Shown: positions 36,315-45,026 of the stretch, piece by piece
Layout of the letters: every line of letters starts with the position of its first letter
Numbering within the stretch: position 1 is the stretch's first letter
Source: Gaiellales bacterium
Lineage (GTDB): Bacteria; Actinomycetota; Thermoleophilia; Gaiellales; JAICJC01
NCBI GenBank assembly: GCA_035473255.1
Contig: DATIOK010000130.1
Coordinates: 1,211 to 65,210, forward strand
Direction: 5' to 3'
Length of the DNA: 64,000 nucleotides
Notes under the pieces: model-generated
What the model was told of the DNA's origin: nothing
What the model saw: the letters and a program-made list of their open reading frames with translations, nothing else
Databases searched by the model: none
Program-made: the position numbers and the translations under genes

Positions 36315-38158
36315 AGCGCGGTCAGGCCGAGCTCGTTGCTGAGGCCGCGCTGCACCTCTGCCACCGCGCGGAAGGCGTCCTTCAGGTAGCGGCGGGTGAG
36401 CGGGGCCAGCTCGCGCGGGTCGATCGCGTCGTTCGGCTTCGCTCCCCGGCGCAGCGCGTCGATCTGGCTCTCCATGCGCAGGTCGGTGAACAGCTCGAAC
36501 GCGACCCGCAGCGTCGAGGCCCAGCGGCCGTCGAGCGTGCCGGCCCGTTCCGCCGCGTCCAGGCGCGCGGCGGTGGAGGTCTCCGACGATCCCGCGGACA
36601 TCGCCGCCCAGCGGGCGATGTCGACGACCGGCAGCAGCCCGCCGGACTTGATGTCGAGGGTGCCGCGCCGCTCGCCGTCGTGCTCGACCACGAAGTCGCG
36701 GAAGAAGCCCGTGGGCGGCCGGTCGCTGAGCGCGAACAGGCCCAGCCGCCGCAGCAGCTGGGGGTGGCGCCGGGCGCCCGCGAACACGTCCCCGACGGCG
36801 CGCCAGCCTGACTCGGTCGTCCACACCGGCCGGCCGTCGATCATCAGCGACACCAGGATCAGCGCCTTCTCCTCGGTGGGATCGTCCAGCCACGACCGCG
36901 CCGCCGCCAGCCAGGCCCCCTGCGATCGCAGGAACAGCGGCTTGCAGGCGACGGCGCCGTTGGGGCATCGCGGTATGCCGCAGCGCTCGAGGCCGGCCAC
37001 AACCTCGGCGGCCACACGCGCGAGCGGCTCCCGCACCGCCGGGTCGTCGCCCTCGCCTTGCCAGGCGATCGCGCTGTCCTGGTCGGAGCTGGGGAAGGCC
37101 TCGCGCCGGGCCACGCTGCCGAGCGACAGCCAGGTGAACGGCGCCAATTCCGGGTGCCCGTCGATGACCAGCTCGATCATGCGGCGCGTGAGCGCGTCGT
37201 GGACGGTGGCGATCACCCGTGAGATGGAAGCGGCGGCGATCTTGGCGTCGTGCAGGCCGATGATCGTGTCCGAGAGCGGCTCCACGGCGGCCGCCAGCTC
37301 GTCGACGGTGGTCGCCGCCGTGATCGCTCTGCGCAGGAGGAAGGGGGTGCGCGTCTCCACCGCCATCAGATCGGTGTCGGAGATGACGCCGATCACGCGG
37401 CCGGATGCGTCCACCACCGGCAGGTGGCGGACGCCGCGGTCGAGCATGTCCAGCAGCGCGTCGGCGCCGGTGACGTCGTCGGCGATGGTGGTGGCCGGGG
37501 CGGTCATCACCTCCGACACGGGGGTGTCGGCGGGCACCCCCGCGGCCACCACGCGCTCGCGCAGGTCGCGGTCGGTGACGATGCCGAATCCGTCGCCGAG
37601 ATCGACCAGCACGGCCGACGAGCTGGCCTCGACCATGCGCCGGGCGGCCTCCTGCACCGTCGCGGCGGGAGCGGCGATCACCGGGTCGCCGCGGAGCAGG
37701 CGGCTGACGGGCCGGCGGGCCGGGTCGACCACGGCGATCGCCAGCGGATCCAGCTCGCGCTGCAGCATCTCGTAGCGGCCCGCCAGCGAGCGGGCCGCGA
37801 ACCGCAGGGCGGCCGGCCGTGCCAGCACCGGCCGGATCGCCTCGGCCGGCAGGCGGTAGAGCAGCGAGTCCTCGGCGGCCCGCACCGCCAGCGCCGTCGG
37901 CCACTCCGACAGCAGCGAGGCGTGACCGAACATCTCACCCTCCGACAGCATGTCCACGACCCGGTCGCCGTCCAGCAGCTCGACGGCGCCGCGCCGCACC
38001 ACCCAGGCCACGCCGGGCGTCGTCACCGCCTGCTCGAGCACCATGGTTCCGGCCTCCGCGTACTCGATCTCGCAGGCCGCGGCCACCTCGTCCAGCTCCT
38101 CCTCGCTGAGCGTGTCGAAGGGCGGGTTGTCTCGCAGGAACTCCGCGATCTCGTGCAT
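36311..38158 (-). CDS. cNMP-binding / tandem CBS / DUF294 nucleotidyltransferase signal-transduction protein
   Basis: ATG at 38158 (MHEIAEFLRDNPPFDTL). N-terminal cyclic-nucleotide-binding fold, two CBS repeats, and a GlnD-like NTase motif SLGSVARREAFPSSDQDSAIAW. Confidence 0.85.
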   Translation of the reverse strand: MHEIAEFLRDNPPFDTLSEEELDEVAAACEIEYAEAGTMVLEQAVTTPGVAWVVRRGAVELLDGDRVVDMLSEGEMFGHASLLSEWPTALAVRAAEDSLLYRLPAEAIRPVLARPAALRFAARSLAGRYEMLQRELDPLAIAVVDPARRPVSRLLRGDPVIAAPAATVQEAARRMVEASSSAVLVDLGDGFGIVTDRDLRERVVAAGVPADTPVSEVMTAPATTIADDVTGADALLDMLDRGVRHLPVVDASGRVIGVISDTDLMAVETRTPFLLRRAITAATTVDELAAAVEPLSDTIIGLHDAKIAAASISRVIATVHDALTRRMIELVIDGHPELAPFTWLSLGSVARREAFPSSDQDSAIAWQGEGDDPAVREPLARVAAEVVAGLERCGIPRCPNGAVACKPLFLRSQGAWLAAARSWLDDPTEEKALILVSLMIDGRPVWTTESGWRAVGDVFAGARRHPQLLRRLGLFALSDRPPTGFFRDFVVEHDGERRGTLDIKSGGLLPVVDIARWAAMSAGSSETSTAARLDAAERAGTLDGRWASTLRVAFELFTDLRMESQIDALRRGAKPNDAIDPRELAPLTRRYLKDAFRAVAEVQRGLSNELGLTAL

Positions 38159-38267
38159 ATGCAGGACGATCCTAAGGTTCGGGAACCGTAAATGTTTTTC
38201 GCGGGTGATTGACGCGGCACGCACCCTTCGCTACCCCGAGCCTACGGAGTTCATCGGGTGAAGGGGG

Positions 38268-38366
38268 TCAAACGATGATGAAGTCCCAGACAGTGTCGAC
38301 GACCGTGGCGATCGCGCCACCCGCCGGCATGCGAAAGTTGAGCGGCACGATGACGGTTCGCCGCAT
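38268..38366 (-). CDS. candidate 32-aa small protein (MRRTVIVPLNFRMPAGGAIATVVDTVWDFIIV)
   Basis: ATG at 38366 to TGA at 38268. 27 of 32 codons end in G/C. It lies 110 nt upstream of the cNMP/CBS/DUF294 gene on the same strand. No strong SD. Confidence 0.3.
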   Translation of the reverse strand: MRRTVIVPLNFRMPAGGAIATVVDTVWDFIIV

Positions 38367-38431
38367 CGTTCCGCGTTGAGCGCGGGGGCGTGATCTTGGG
38401 TCGCGCACGGGCGACGTGCTAGCGTCAACCC

Positions 38432-38932
38432 GTGCGCGACTCCAGATATCACGGCAGTTTCGACCATCCCGTCCGAGCATTCCTGATTGGCGTCACGTTG
38501 CTGGTGCTGCTGTTCGGAGGGTTCGTGGTCGGAATCGAGGCGGGTAAGAACCCGATCGAGCAGACGAGCGCGGCTGTTCGGATAGTGACCACGAAGGGCC
38601 ACGTTCACCCCGTCACAGTCGGCCTGCCGGTCGTGAGCACCGTGATCGACGGCCGCACTAGCGTGGTCACGCTGCCGGGTTCGGTGCGCCGGCAGGTGGT
38701 CGTGATCCACCGCCATGGCAAGACCCTCTACGGATACGCCACGATCCAGCCGCCGCTCGCCGGGGACACCAGCTTCACCAACAGCGCCGCGACCGTCTAC
38801 GAGCCGGCACCGGTGACGGTGACGACGCCGCCCGAGACGGTGACCGCGCCGCCGGTGACGGTGACCGTGACCGTGACCGCGCCACCGCCCTCGTCGACCG
38901 ACTCCTCCGGCACCGCCCAGACCGGTCCCTGA
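38432..38932 (+). CDS. membrane-anchored protein with C-terminal Val-Thr/Pro-rich repeats
   Basis: 166-aa ORF (GTG start) with a TM helix AFLIGVTLLVLLFGGFVVGI and a C-terminus PVTVTTPPETVTAPPVTVTVTVTAPPPSS. Confidence 0.6.
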   Translation: MRDSRYHGSFDHPVRAFLIGVTLLVLLFGGFVVGIEAGKNPIEQTSAAVRIVTTKGHVHPVTVGLPVVSTVIDGRTSVVTLPGSVRRQVVVIHRHGKTLYGYATIQPPLAGDTSFTNSAATVYEPAPVTVTTPPETVTAPPVTVTVTVTAPPPSSTDSSGTAQTGP

Positions 38933-38971
38933 CCCGCCCGCGGGTACGTGCCAACTTTGCCACGACCTGTT

Positions 38972-38985
38972 GCGGGTTTCCCCGC
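38972..38985 (+). terminator. GC hairpin downstream of 38432..38932
   Basis: GCGGG-TTTC-CCCGC, 40 nt after the stop and just before repeat copy A. Confidence 0.3.
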
Positions 38986-38995
38986 GACCTGCGTC

Positions 38996-39129
38996 GAGGG
39001 CCGAAGCGGTGTTTGACTCCAATAGTTGGGCTTTTCGCTTAGCTGAGCCAATCGCCAGTCACAGCGGGCGTGACACCCGTCAAGAATGGGTGCCTGAATG
39101 CCGCGGCGGCCAGGTCGGTGTTTGACACC
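38996..39129 (+). repeat. 134-nt intergenic repeat, copy A (bounded by GGTGTTTGAC(T/A)CC boxes)
   Basis: Aligns without gaps to 52388-52521 (105/134 identical by hand count). Boxes at 39008-39020 and 39117-39129. Internal hairpins CCAA-TAG-TTGG and GTCAC-N7-GTGAC. Confidence 0.85.
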
Positions 39130-39161
39130 AGCTCCGCGCCCGTGGGGAGCCTTCGCAGCGC

Positions 39162-39755
39162 CTACGGGCGGTAAGCGTGGAGCTCGGGGCCGTGGCGCTT
39201 TAGCCAGGCCTGCGCCGCCCGGCGGAACGGGTAGGCCTCGTCCACCAGCTGCCAGAAGCGGCGCGAATGGTTCATCTGACGCAGGTGGCACAGCTCGTGG
39301 ACGACCACGTAGTCGGCGACCCAGGCCGGCGCCATCACCAGCCGCCACGAGAACGACAGCGTGCCGCGAGTCGAGCATGAGCCCCAGCGTGAGCGCGGGT
39401 CGCCGACCCGGATCCGCGACCAGCCGCTGACCTCGAGCCGGGCCGCCTCGCGCTCGACCGTCTCGGTCAGCATCCCCCGCGCCTGCCGCCGGTACCAGGC
39501 CCCCAGGTCGCCCGCAGGAGCCGGCCGAGGCTCGCCGTCCAGCCAGGCGACGCCCTCGCGCTGGAGGCCCAGCGATGGCTCTGGCTCAGCCGCGCGCCGC
39601 CGCTCGATCCACTCGCGGTGCTCCGCCACGAAACCGTCGATCCAGGCCGCCGAGGTGCCCGGCGGCACCACCACCTCGACCGGCCGGTGCGGCGCCACCA
39701 CGATCCGCGCCCGGCGCACGCGGCTGGACTCGCGGATCAGGAGAGGCGGCGTCAT
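39162..39755 (-). CDS. YgjP-like metal-dependent hydrolase (DUF45/M48-like)
   Basis: 197-aa ORF with an HELCHLRQMNHSRRFW zinc-hydrolase motif. Confidence 0.8.
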   Translation of the reverse strand: MTPPLLIRESSRVRRARIVVAPHRPVEVVVPPGTSAAWIDGFVAEHREWIERRRAAEPEPSLGLQREGVAWLDGEPRPAPAGDLGAWYRRQARGMLTETVEREAARLEVSGWSRIRVGDPRSRWGSCSTRGTLSFSWRLVMAPAWVADYVVVHELCHLRQMNHSRRFWQLVDEAYPFRRAAQAWLKRHGPELHAYRP

Positions 39756-39783
39756 CGCTCGAGACTACCCATAGACTCGGCCG

Positions 39784-40926
39784 ATGCGACGGCTCCTGAT
39801 CCTGCTCTACGCGCTGATCTTCGTGGACGAGGTGGTGCTGGTGTCGCTGGTGCCGCTGCTGCCGTCCTACCGCGACGCCTTCTCCCTATCCGGGTTCGAG
39901 TCGGGAGTCGCCTTGTCGGCGGCGAGCCTCGCGATCGTCGCCGGGGCCATCCCCGGCGGAGTCGCCGGCGACCGGCTCGGCCACCGCCGCGTTACGCTCG
40001 CGGCCGGCCTGCTACTGGCCGCCTCCTGCCTGGGCCAGGGGCTCGCCGTCGGCCTCTGGACGCTGGTCGCCGCCCGGCTCGCCTTCGGCGTCGCCTCGGC
40101 CGTGATCTGGTCGGCCGGCCTGTCGTGGCTGTCCGACTCCGCCGGCGAGGATCGGCCCGGCGCCGTCGGCGCCGTGATCGCCGTGGCCGGGCTGGGTGGG
40201 ATGGTCGGCCCGGTCTTCGCCGGCGTCCTGGCCGACCGGGTCAGCCGCGGTGCGCCGTTCCTGATCCTGGCCGCCGTTTCGCTGGGACTGGTGGTCGCGC
40301 TCGCCTTCGCCGACCACGGCAGCGAAGGCCGCCATGAGCAGCAGCTGCGGCTGAGCGCCGCGCTCGGCCTGGCCCGCCGCAACCCGCTGATCGCGGGTGC
40401 CGTCACGCTGATGCTGCTGGGCGGCTTCTCGGACGGCGTCGTGTTCCTGGTCGCCCCCGCGCAGCTCAGCGATGCCGGCCGCTCGACCGCCACCATCGGC
40501 CTGATCCTCTCGATCGGCTCGGGCGTGTTCATCGCATGCAGCGCGCTGGCCGCGCGCACCGGCAAGTGGACCGTGACCCTGGTCGCAGGCGCCATCTGCA
40601 CCGCCCTCTCGGCGCTGGTGCTGCTGCCGGTGCTCGGCACCAGCACGTCGGCGGTCGTGGCCGGCATGCTGATCGTGCGCGCCGCCCCGCTCGGCTTCAT
40701 GTACGCGGTGGCGCTGCCGCTGGGCGTGCGCGGCGCGCGCAACGCCGGGATCGGGGTGGGCGCCGTCAACGGCATGACCGCGTTCGCCTGGGGCGCGGCC
40801 AGTTTCGGCGGCGCGATCGTCGCCGGCGCCGGCCTCGACCAGCCCGGCCCGAGCGCCGTCTACGGCTTCCTGACGGCCTGCTGCCTCGCCGCCACCGCCT
40901 ACCTGCTGGCGCTGGGCCGGCGCTAG
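39784..40926 (+). CDS. MFS transporter
   Basis: 380-aa polytopic ORF, paralog of 4064..5254 and 5454..6641. Confidence 0.85.
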   Translation: MRRLLILLYALIFVDEVVLVSLVPLLPSYRDAFSLSGFESGVALSAASLAIVAGAIPGGVAGDRLGHRRVTLAAGLLLAASCLGQGLAVGLWTLVAARLAFGVASAVIWSAGLSWLSDSAGEDRPGAVGAVIAVAGLGGMVGPVFAGVLADRVSRGAPFLILAAVSLGLVVALAFADHGSEGRHEQQLRLSAALGLARRNPLIAGAVTLMLLGGFSDGVVFLVAPAQLSDAGRSTATIGLILSIGSGVFIACSALAARTGKWTVTLVAGAICTALSALVLLPVLGTSTSAVVAGMLIVRAAPLGFMYAVALPLGVRGARNAGIGVGAVNGMTAFAWGAASFGGAIVAGAGLDQPGPSAVYGFLTACCLAATAYLLALGRR

Positions 40927-41047
40927 CCCCCGGTAGCGGTGCAGACGGCGGCCGGGCCTTCGTGCGCGTGGCCCCCGGGGGATAACCGCACCAACCCTTC
41001 AGGCAAACCGTATCGATCGGAGACGCCGCTGGTGACACGCTGCGGGC

Positions 41048-42823
41048 ATGATCCTCGTCGCCCCAACCCAGCGCCCGATCAGCTCGATCGTCACCCGCAT
41101 CGGTGCCTGGCTGCCCCGTGGTTGGGGCGACCTGGCCCGCCAGCTGGCCATCTTCGCGCTGTTCGACCTGCTCTACGAGGCGACCCGCACACTGGCCGTC
41201 GGTGACCGCGCGGTCGCCCTTCGCCACGCCAACGACATCGTCTCGGCCGAGCGCTCGCTGGGGATGTTCCATGAGCTCGACGTCCAGCACTTCGCGGCCA
41301 CGTCGCCGCATTTCGTGCAGGCTGTCGCCAACTGGACGTACTTCAACTGCCAGTTCACGATCAGCTTCGGGTTCCTGTTCTGGGTCTACCTGCGCCGCAA
41401 CCATGCGTTCCCGCTGGTGCGCAACGTGTTCATCGTTGCCAACACGATCGGCCTGGCCTGCTACACGCTCTACCCGGCGGCACCGCCGCGGATGCTGGGC
41501 TCGCTCGGCTTCGTGGACACGCTCAACGAGACGTCCGTCAATCACCACTCCGGCCTGATCGCATCGCTGTCCAACCCGTACGCGGCGATGCCCAGCCTGC
41601 ACACCGCCTACGCCCTGATCGTCGGCATTTCCGCCGTCATGCTCGTCCGCACCCGCGTGCTGCGCGTGCTGTGGGCCGTCTACCCGGCACTGGTCGTGTT
41701 CTCGATCGTGGCCACCGCCAACCACTTCTTCCTCGACGCGGCCGGCGGCGCCGCCGTGGCGATGCTCGCCGCGCTCGCCGTCTATGCGGCCCACACGCGC
41801 AGCCGGCGACTCGCGGCTGTGCTGGTGGCGGCGCCGGTCGCGTCGTTCCTGGTCTACGGCTTCGCCGGCCGCGCCGGCCAGGCCGCCGATACGCTTGCGG
41901 CCGTGGCCCTGGGAACGCTGGCGCTGGCGATGGCCGCCAACCTGGTGTCCGTCTGGCTGAAGGCTGCCGTCTGGCGCCGCACCCTGGACGCCGTCGACGA
42001 CGCCCCGCGGCTGACGACGCGCGACCTGCTGCCCAGCGTCTTCATCGGCTTCCTGTTCAACACGGTGCTGGTCGCCCGGCTGGGCGAGCTGGTGCGGGTC
42101 GCGGTGCTGACCCGCCGCATCCGCCGCTCCGGATCGCAGCTGCCTGTGACCGCGGTCGCCGGCACGCTGGTCGCCGAACAGCTCGTGCTCGGCGCGGCGC
42201 TGGCCGTGATCGGCGCGGGTCTGGCGCTGACGATCGTCGACCTGCCCGCGTGGGCCGACTCGACGCTGATGGTTCTCGGTGCCCTGACCGGTGGCGCCGT
42301 GATCGCCGGGATCCTCGCCAGGCGCACACAGCCGACCCTTCCCTCTCGGCTCACGCGCCTGGCGGGCCCGGCACGAGAGCTGCGCCGCAGCCTGCGGATC
42401 ATGCGCGATCCCCGGCGCCTGGCCGTGGCGCTGGCTCTGGGTGTCGCCTCGTGGGCGGCCCAGATCGCCGGCATCTACTGGACGCTCGACGCGTTCGGCC
42501 TGCCCCATACGATCACCTCGGCCTCGGCCGTGTTCATGGTCTCGACGCTGGTCGGCGTGGTGCCGCTGATGCCCGGGAACGTGGGCGTCTTCCAGATTGC
42601 GGTGGCTGGCGTGCTGGCCTCGTCATTCGGGATCTCGGCCGCATCCGGCGCCGCGTTTGCGATCGGCCTGCAGGCCACCGAGGTGCTGCTCGGTGCCGGA
42701 ATCGGGGCACTGTTCCTGCTGGCCGAGAGCGCCTCCTTCACCGAGCTGCGCCGAGCCGCTCCGGCGGCAGCGACCGTCACGCCGTGCGAGGCGTACGACC
42801 GGCAGCTGGCCTACGCTGCCTAG
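41048..42823 (+). CDS. fusion membrane protein: PAP2-family phosphatase/transferase domain plus lysylphosphatidylglycerol-synthase-TM-like (flippase-like) domain
   Basis: 591-aa ORF. The N-half carries PAP2 motifs PSLHTAYA and ATANHFFLD. The C-half is an 8-TM region with an LPG_synthase_TM-like pattern (FIGFLFNTVLVARLGELVRV). Confidence 0.75.
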   Translation: MILVAPTQRPISSIVTRIGAWLPRGWGDLARQLAIFALFDLLYEATRTLAVGDRAVALRHANDIVSAERSLGMFHELDVQHFAATSPHFVQAVANWTYFNCQFTISFGFLFWVYLRRNHAFPLVRNVFIVANTIGLACYTLYPAAPPRMLGSLGFVDTLNETSVNHHSGLIASLSNPYAAMPSLHTAYALIVGISAVMLVRTRVLRVLWAVYPALVVFSIVATANHFFLDAAGGAAVAMLAALAVYAAHTRSRRLAAVLVAAPVASFLVYGFAGRAGQAADTLAAVALGTLALAMAANLVSVWLKAAVWRRTLDAVDDAPRLTTRDLLPSVFIGFLFNTVLVARLGELVRVAVLTRRIRRSGSQLPVTAVAGTLVAEQLVLGAALAVIGAGLALTIVDLPAWADSTLMVLGALTGGAVIAGILARRTQPTLPSRLTRLAGPARELRRSLRIMRDPRRLAVALALGVASWAAQIAGIYWTLDAFGLPHTITSASAVFMVSTLVGVVPLMPGNVGVFQIAVAGVLASSFGISAASGAAFAIGLQATEVLLGAGIGALFLLAESASFTELRRAAPAAATVTPCEAYDRQLAYAA

Positions 42824-43612
42824 ATGATTCGGGCAATCGGCTGGTGTGTGGCGGCCGTGTTAAGCGCGGTGATCCTGACGGTCGCGGGCTGCGCCGCCGC
42901 GGGCGGGGCAAGCAGCATGACGTCGTCATCGCCGCCGCCGTCGGTCGCGGCCACCAGGCCGCCCCCGACCACCACCACGATCACCGACCCGGTGCCGCCC
43001 ACCACCACGACGCCGCCGCCGGCGCCGCCCACGCCGTCGGCGGCGAAGCCGCCCATCACCCGGGACCGCATCAGGTACGGCGCGAAGCGACGCGCCGAGA
43101 TGGCCGGCTACGCGTACCGCCACTACGGCGTGCGCAGCTTCCGGCTGCACCCGAAGCTGATCGTGCTGCACTTCACCGACAGCGGGCCTGGCTCGTACCC
43201 CGGCGTGCACGCGCTGTTCAACGCCAACGCGCCCAACGGCGGCGAGCTTCCCGGCGTCTGCGCGCACTACGTGGTCGACCAGGACGGCACCATCTACCAG
43301 CAGGTACCGCTCGGTATCATGTGCCGGCATGCGATCGGCGTCAACGACCACGCGATCGGCATCGAGATGATCCAGCAGCAGGGCATCTCGTCGCACTGGG
43401 CCGACCAGCAGATCCTGCATCGCCGCCCCCAGATCCGGAGCGTGCTGGCGCTGGTGCGCTGGCTGCAGGGCCGCTTCCACATCGCCCAGAGGAACGTCAT
43501 CGGCCACTCGATGGCCAACCACTCGCCCTTCTTCCACGACCGCGAGGGCTGGCGCAACGACCACACCGACTGGCAGGCGCAGGACGTGCGGGAGCTGAGG
43601 CGGCGCCTGTAG
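42824..43612 (+). CDS. N-acetylmuramoyl-L-alanine amidase (amidase_2/PGRP fold) lipoprotein
   Basis: 262-aa ORF with lipobox LTVAGC, a Pro/Thr-rich linker, and AHYVVDQDGTIYQ and HAIGVNDHAIGIEM motifs. Confidence 0.85.
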   Translation: MIRAIGWCVAAVLSAVILTVAGCAAAGGASSMTSSSPPPSVAATRPPPTTTTITDPVPPTTTTPPPAPPTPSAAKPPITRDRIRYGAKRRAEMAGYAYRHYGVRSFRLHPKLIVLHFTDSGPGSYPGVHALFNANAPNGGELPGVCAHYVVDQDGTIYQQVPLGIMCRHAIGVNDHAIGIEMIQQQGISSHWADQQILHRRPQIRSVLALVRWLQGRFHIAQRNVIGHSMANHSPFFHDREGWRNDHTDWQAQDVRELRRRL

Positions 43613-43622
43613 CCTGAGCGGC

Positions 43623-45026
43623 GTGATCCTCGCAATCGACCAGGGCACCACCGGCACAACGTGCCTCGTCGTCGACGACGACGGCCTGGTGCGCGGTCGC
43701 GGGTCACGTCCGATCGAGCAGCGCTACCCCCGGCCGGGCTGGGTCGAGCACGACCCCGAGCAGCTGTGGAGCAGCGTCACCGAGTCGGCAGCGGATGCGC
43801 TGGCGGCGGCCGGCGTATCGGCCGCCGACATACGCGCGATCGGCATCACCAACCAGCGTGAGACCACGGTCCTGTGGGACCGGTCGAGTGGCCGCGCGGT
43901 GGCCGACGCGATCGTGTGGCAGGACCGCCGCACGGCCGCCGCCTGCGCCGATCTGCCTGCCGGCCTGATCCGCGAGCTGACCGGCCTCACTCCCGACCCG
44001 TACTTCTCGGCCACCAAGCTGGCCTGGCTGCTCGAGCACGCGGTCGATTCGCCTGAGGGCCTGGCGTTCGGCACCGTGGACAGCTGGCTGATCTGGAAGC
44101 TGACCGGCGGCCAGGTGCACGCCACCGATCCCACCAACGCCTCGCGCACCATGCTCTGCTCGCTGCGGACGCTTGACTGGGACGACCGCCTGCTCGAGCT
44201 GTTCGGCGTGCCGGCCAACCTGCTGCCGGAGATCCGGCCGTCCAGCGGCCTGTTCGGGGAAGCCCGGCTGCTGGGAGCGCAGCTGCCGGTGATGGGCGTG
44301 GCCGGCGACCAGCAGGCGGCGCTGTTCGGCCAGGCCTGCCTCGAGCCCGGACAGGCCAAGGTCACGTACGGCACCGGTAGCTTCCTGCTGGTGAACGACG
44401 GCGAGCGGCGCGACCCGCCGCCGCACGGCCTGGTGCGGACGGCCGCGGCGCAGCCCGGGGTGACGGCACTCGAGGGCTCGGTGTTCGTGTCGGGGGCAGC
44501 CGTCCAGTGGCTGCGGGACGGGCTCGGGATCCTGGCGGACGCCGGCGACAGCGCCCGGCTGGCCGCCTCGCTGGACGGAAACGACGGCGTCTACTTCGTG
44601 CCCGCCCTGGCCGGGTTGGGGTCGCCCTGGTGGGACGCCGATGCGCGCGGGCTGATCACGGGCCTCACCCGCGGCAGCACCCGCGCTCACCTGGCGCGAG
44701 CGGCGCTCGAGGCGATCGCCTACCAGGTGCGGGATGTGGTGGAGGCGATCCCGGGCGGGGTGGTCGCCCTGCGGGCCGACGGCGGAGCGGCCGCCAACGA
44801 CTGGCTGATGCAGTTCCAGGCCGACCTGCTGGGCGTGGCCGTGGAGGTTGCCGTCGAGCGGGAGATGACGGCGCTGGGCGCCGCTGCGCTGGCGTCCGGC
44901 CGGCCCCCGGCTGTCGCCGCCGGGAAGGTCTACGAGCCGCGCATGTCACGCGACCAGTCCGACGCGCTGCACCACGACTGGTTGGTCGCAGTGCAGCGCG
45001 CCAGGAGCGCCGGTCCCGCTAGCTGA
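43623..45026 (+). CDS. glpK: glycerol kinase (FGGY family)
   Basis: 467-aa ORF (GTG start) with AIDQGTTGT, GWVEHDP, GITNQRETTVLWD and FGTVDSWLIWKLTGG motifs. Confidence 0.88.
   Translation: MILAIDQGTTGTTCLVVDDDGLVRGRGSRPIEQRYPRPGWVEHDPEQLWSSVTESAADALAAAGVSAADIRAIGITNQRETTVLWDRSSGRAVADAIVWQDRRTAAACADLPAGLIRELTGLTPDPYFSATKLAWLLEHAVDSPEGLAFGTVDSWLIWKLTGGQVHATDPTNASRTMLCSLRTLDWDDRLLELFGVPANLLPEIRPSSGLFGEARLLGAQLPVMGVAGDQQAALFGQACLEPGQAKVTYGTGSFLLVNDGERRDPPPHGLVRTAAAQPGVTALEGSVFVSGAAVQWLRDGLGILADAGDSARLAASLDGNDGVYFVPALAGLGSPWWDADARGLITGLTRGSTRAHLARAALEAIAYQVRDVVEAIPGGVVALRADGGAAANDWLMQFQADLLGVAVEVAVEREMTALGAAALASGRPPAVAAGKVYEPRMSRDQSDALHHDWLVAVQRARSAGPAS

Noticed and set aside
38806-38885. Short GTGACC repeats considered as a possible CRISPR or other array
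   Set aside because: The repeat unit is 6 nt with no spacers, it lies inside a coding region, and there are no cas genes. It is a coding microsatellite.
38231-39022. Minus-strand ORFs 38231..39022 and 50978..52414, which both begin MESNTASAL
   Set aside because: The shared N-terminus arises only because both ORFs start inside the 134-nt repeat. The remainder is antisense to real genes and non-protein-like.
40766-42508. 580-aa minus-strand ORF
   Set aside because: It is antisense to the PAP2/LPG-synthase-TM fusion gene and has an Arg/Gly/Asp-rich artefactual composition.
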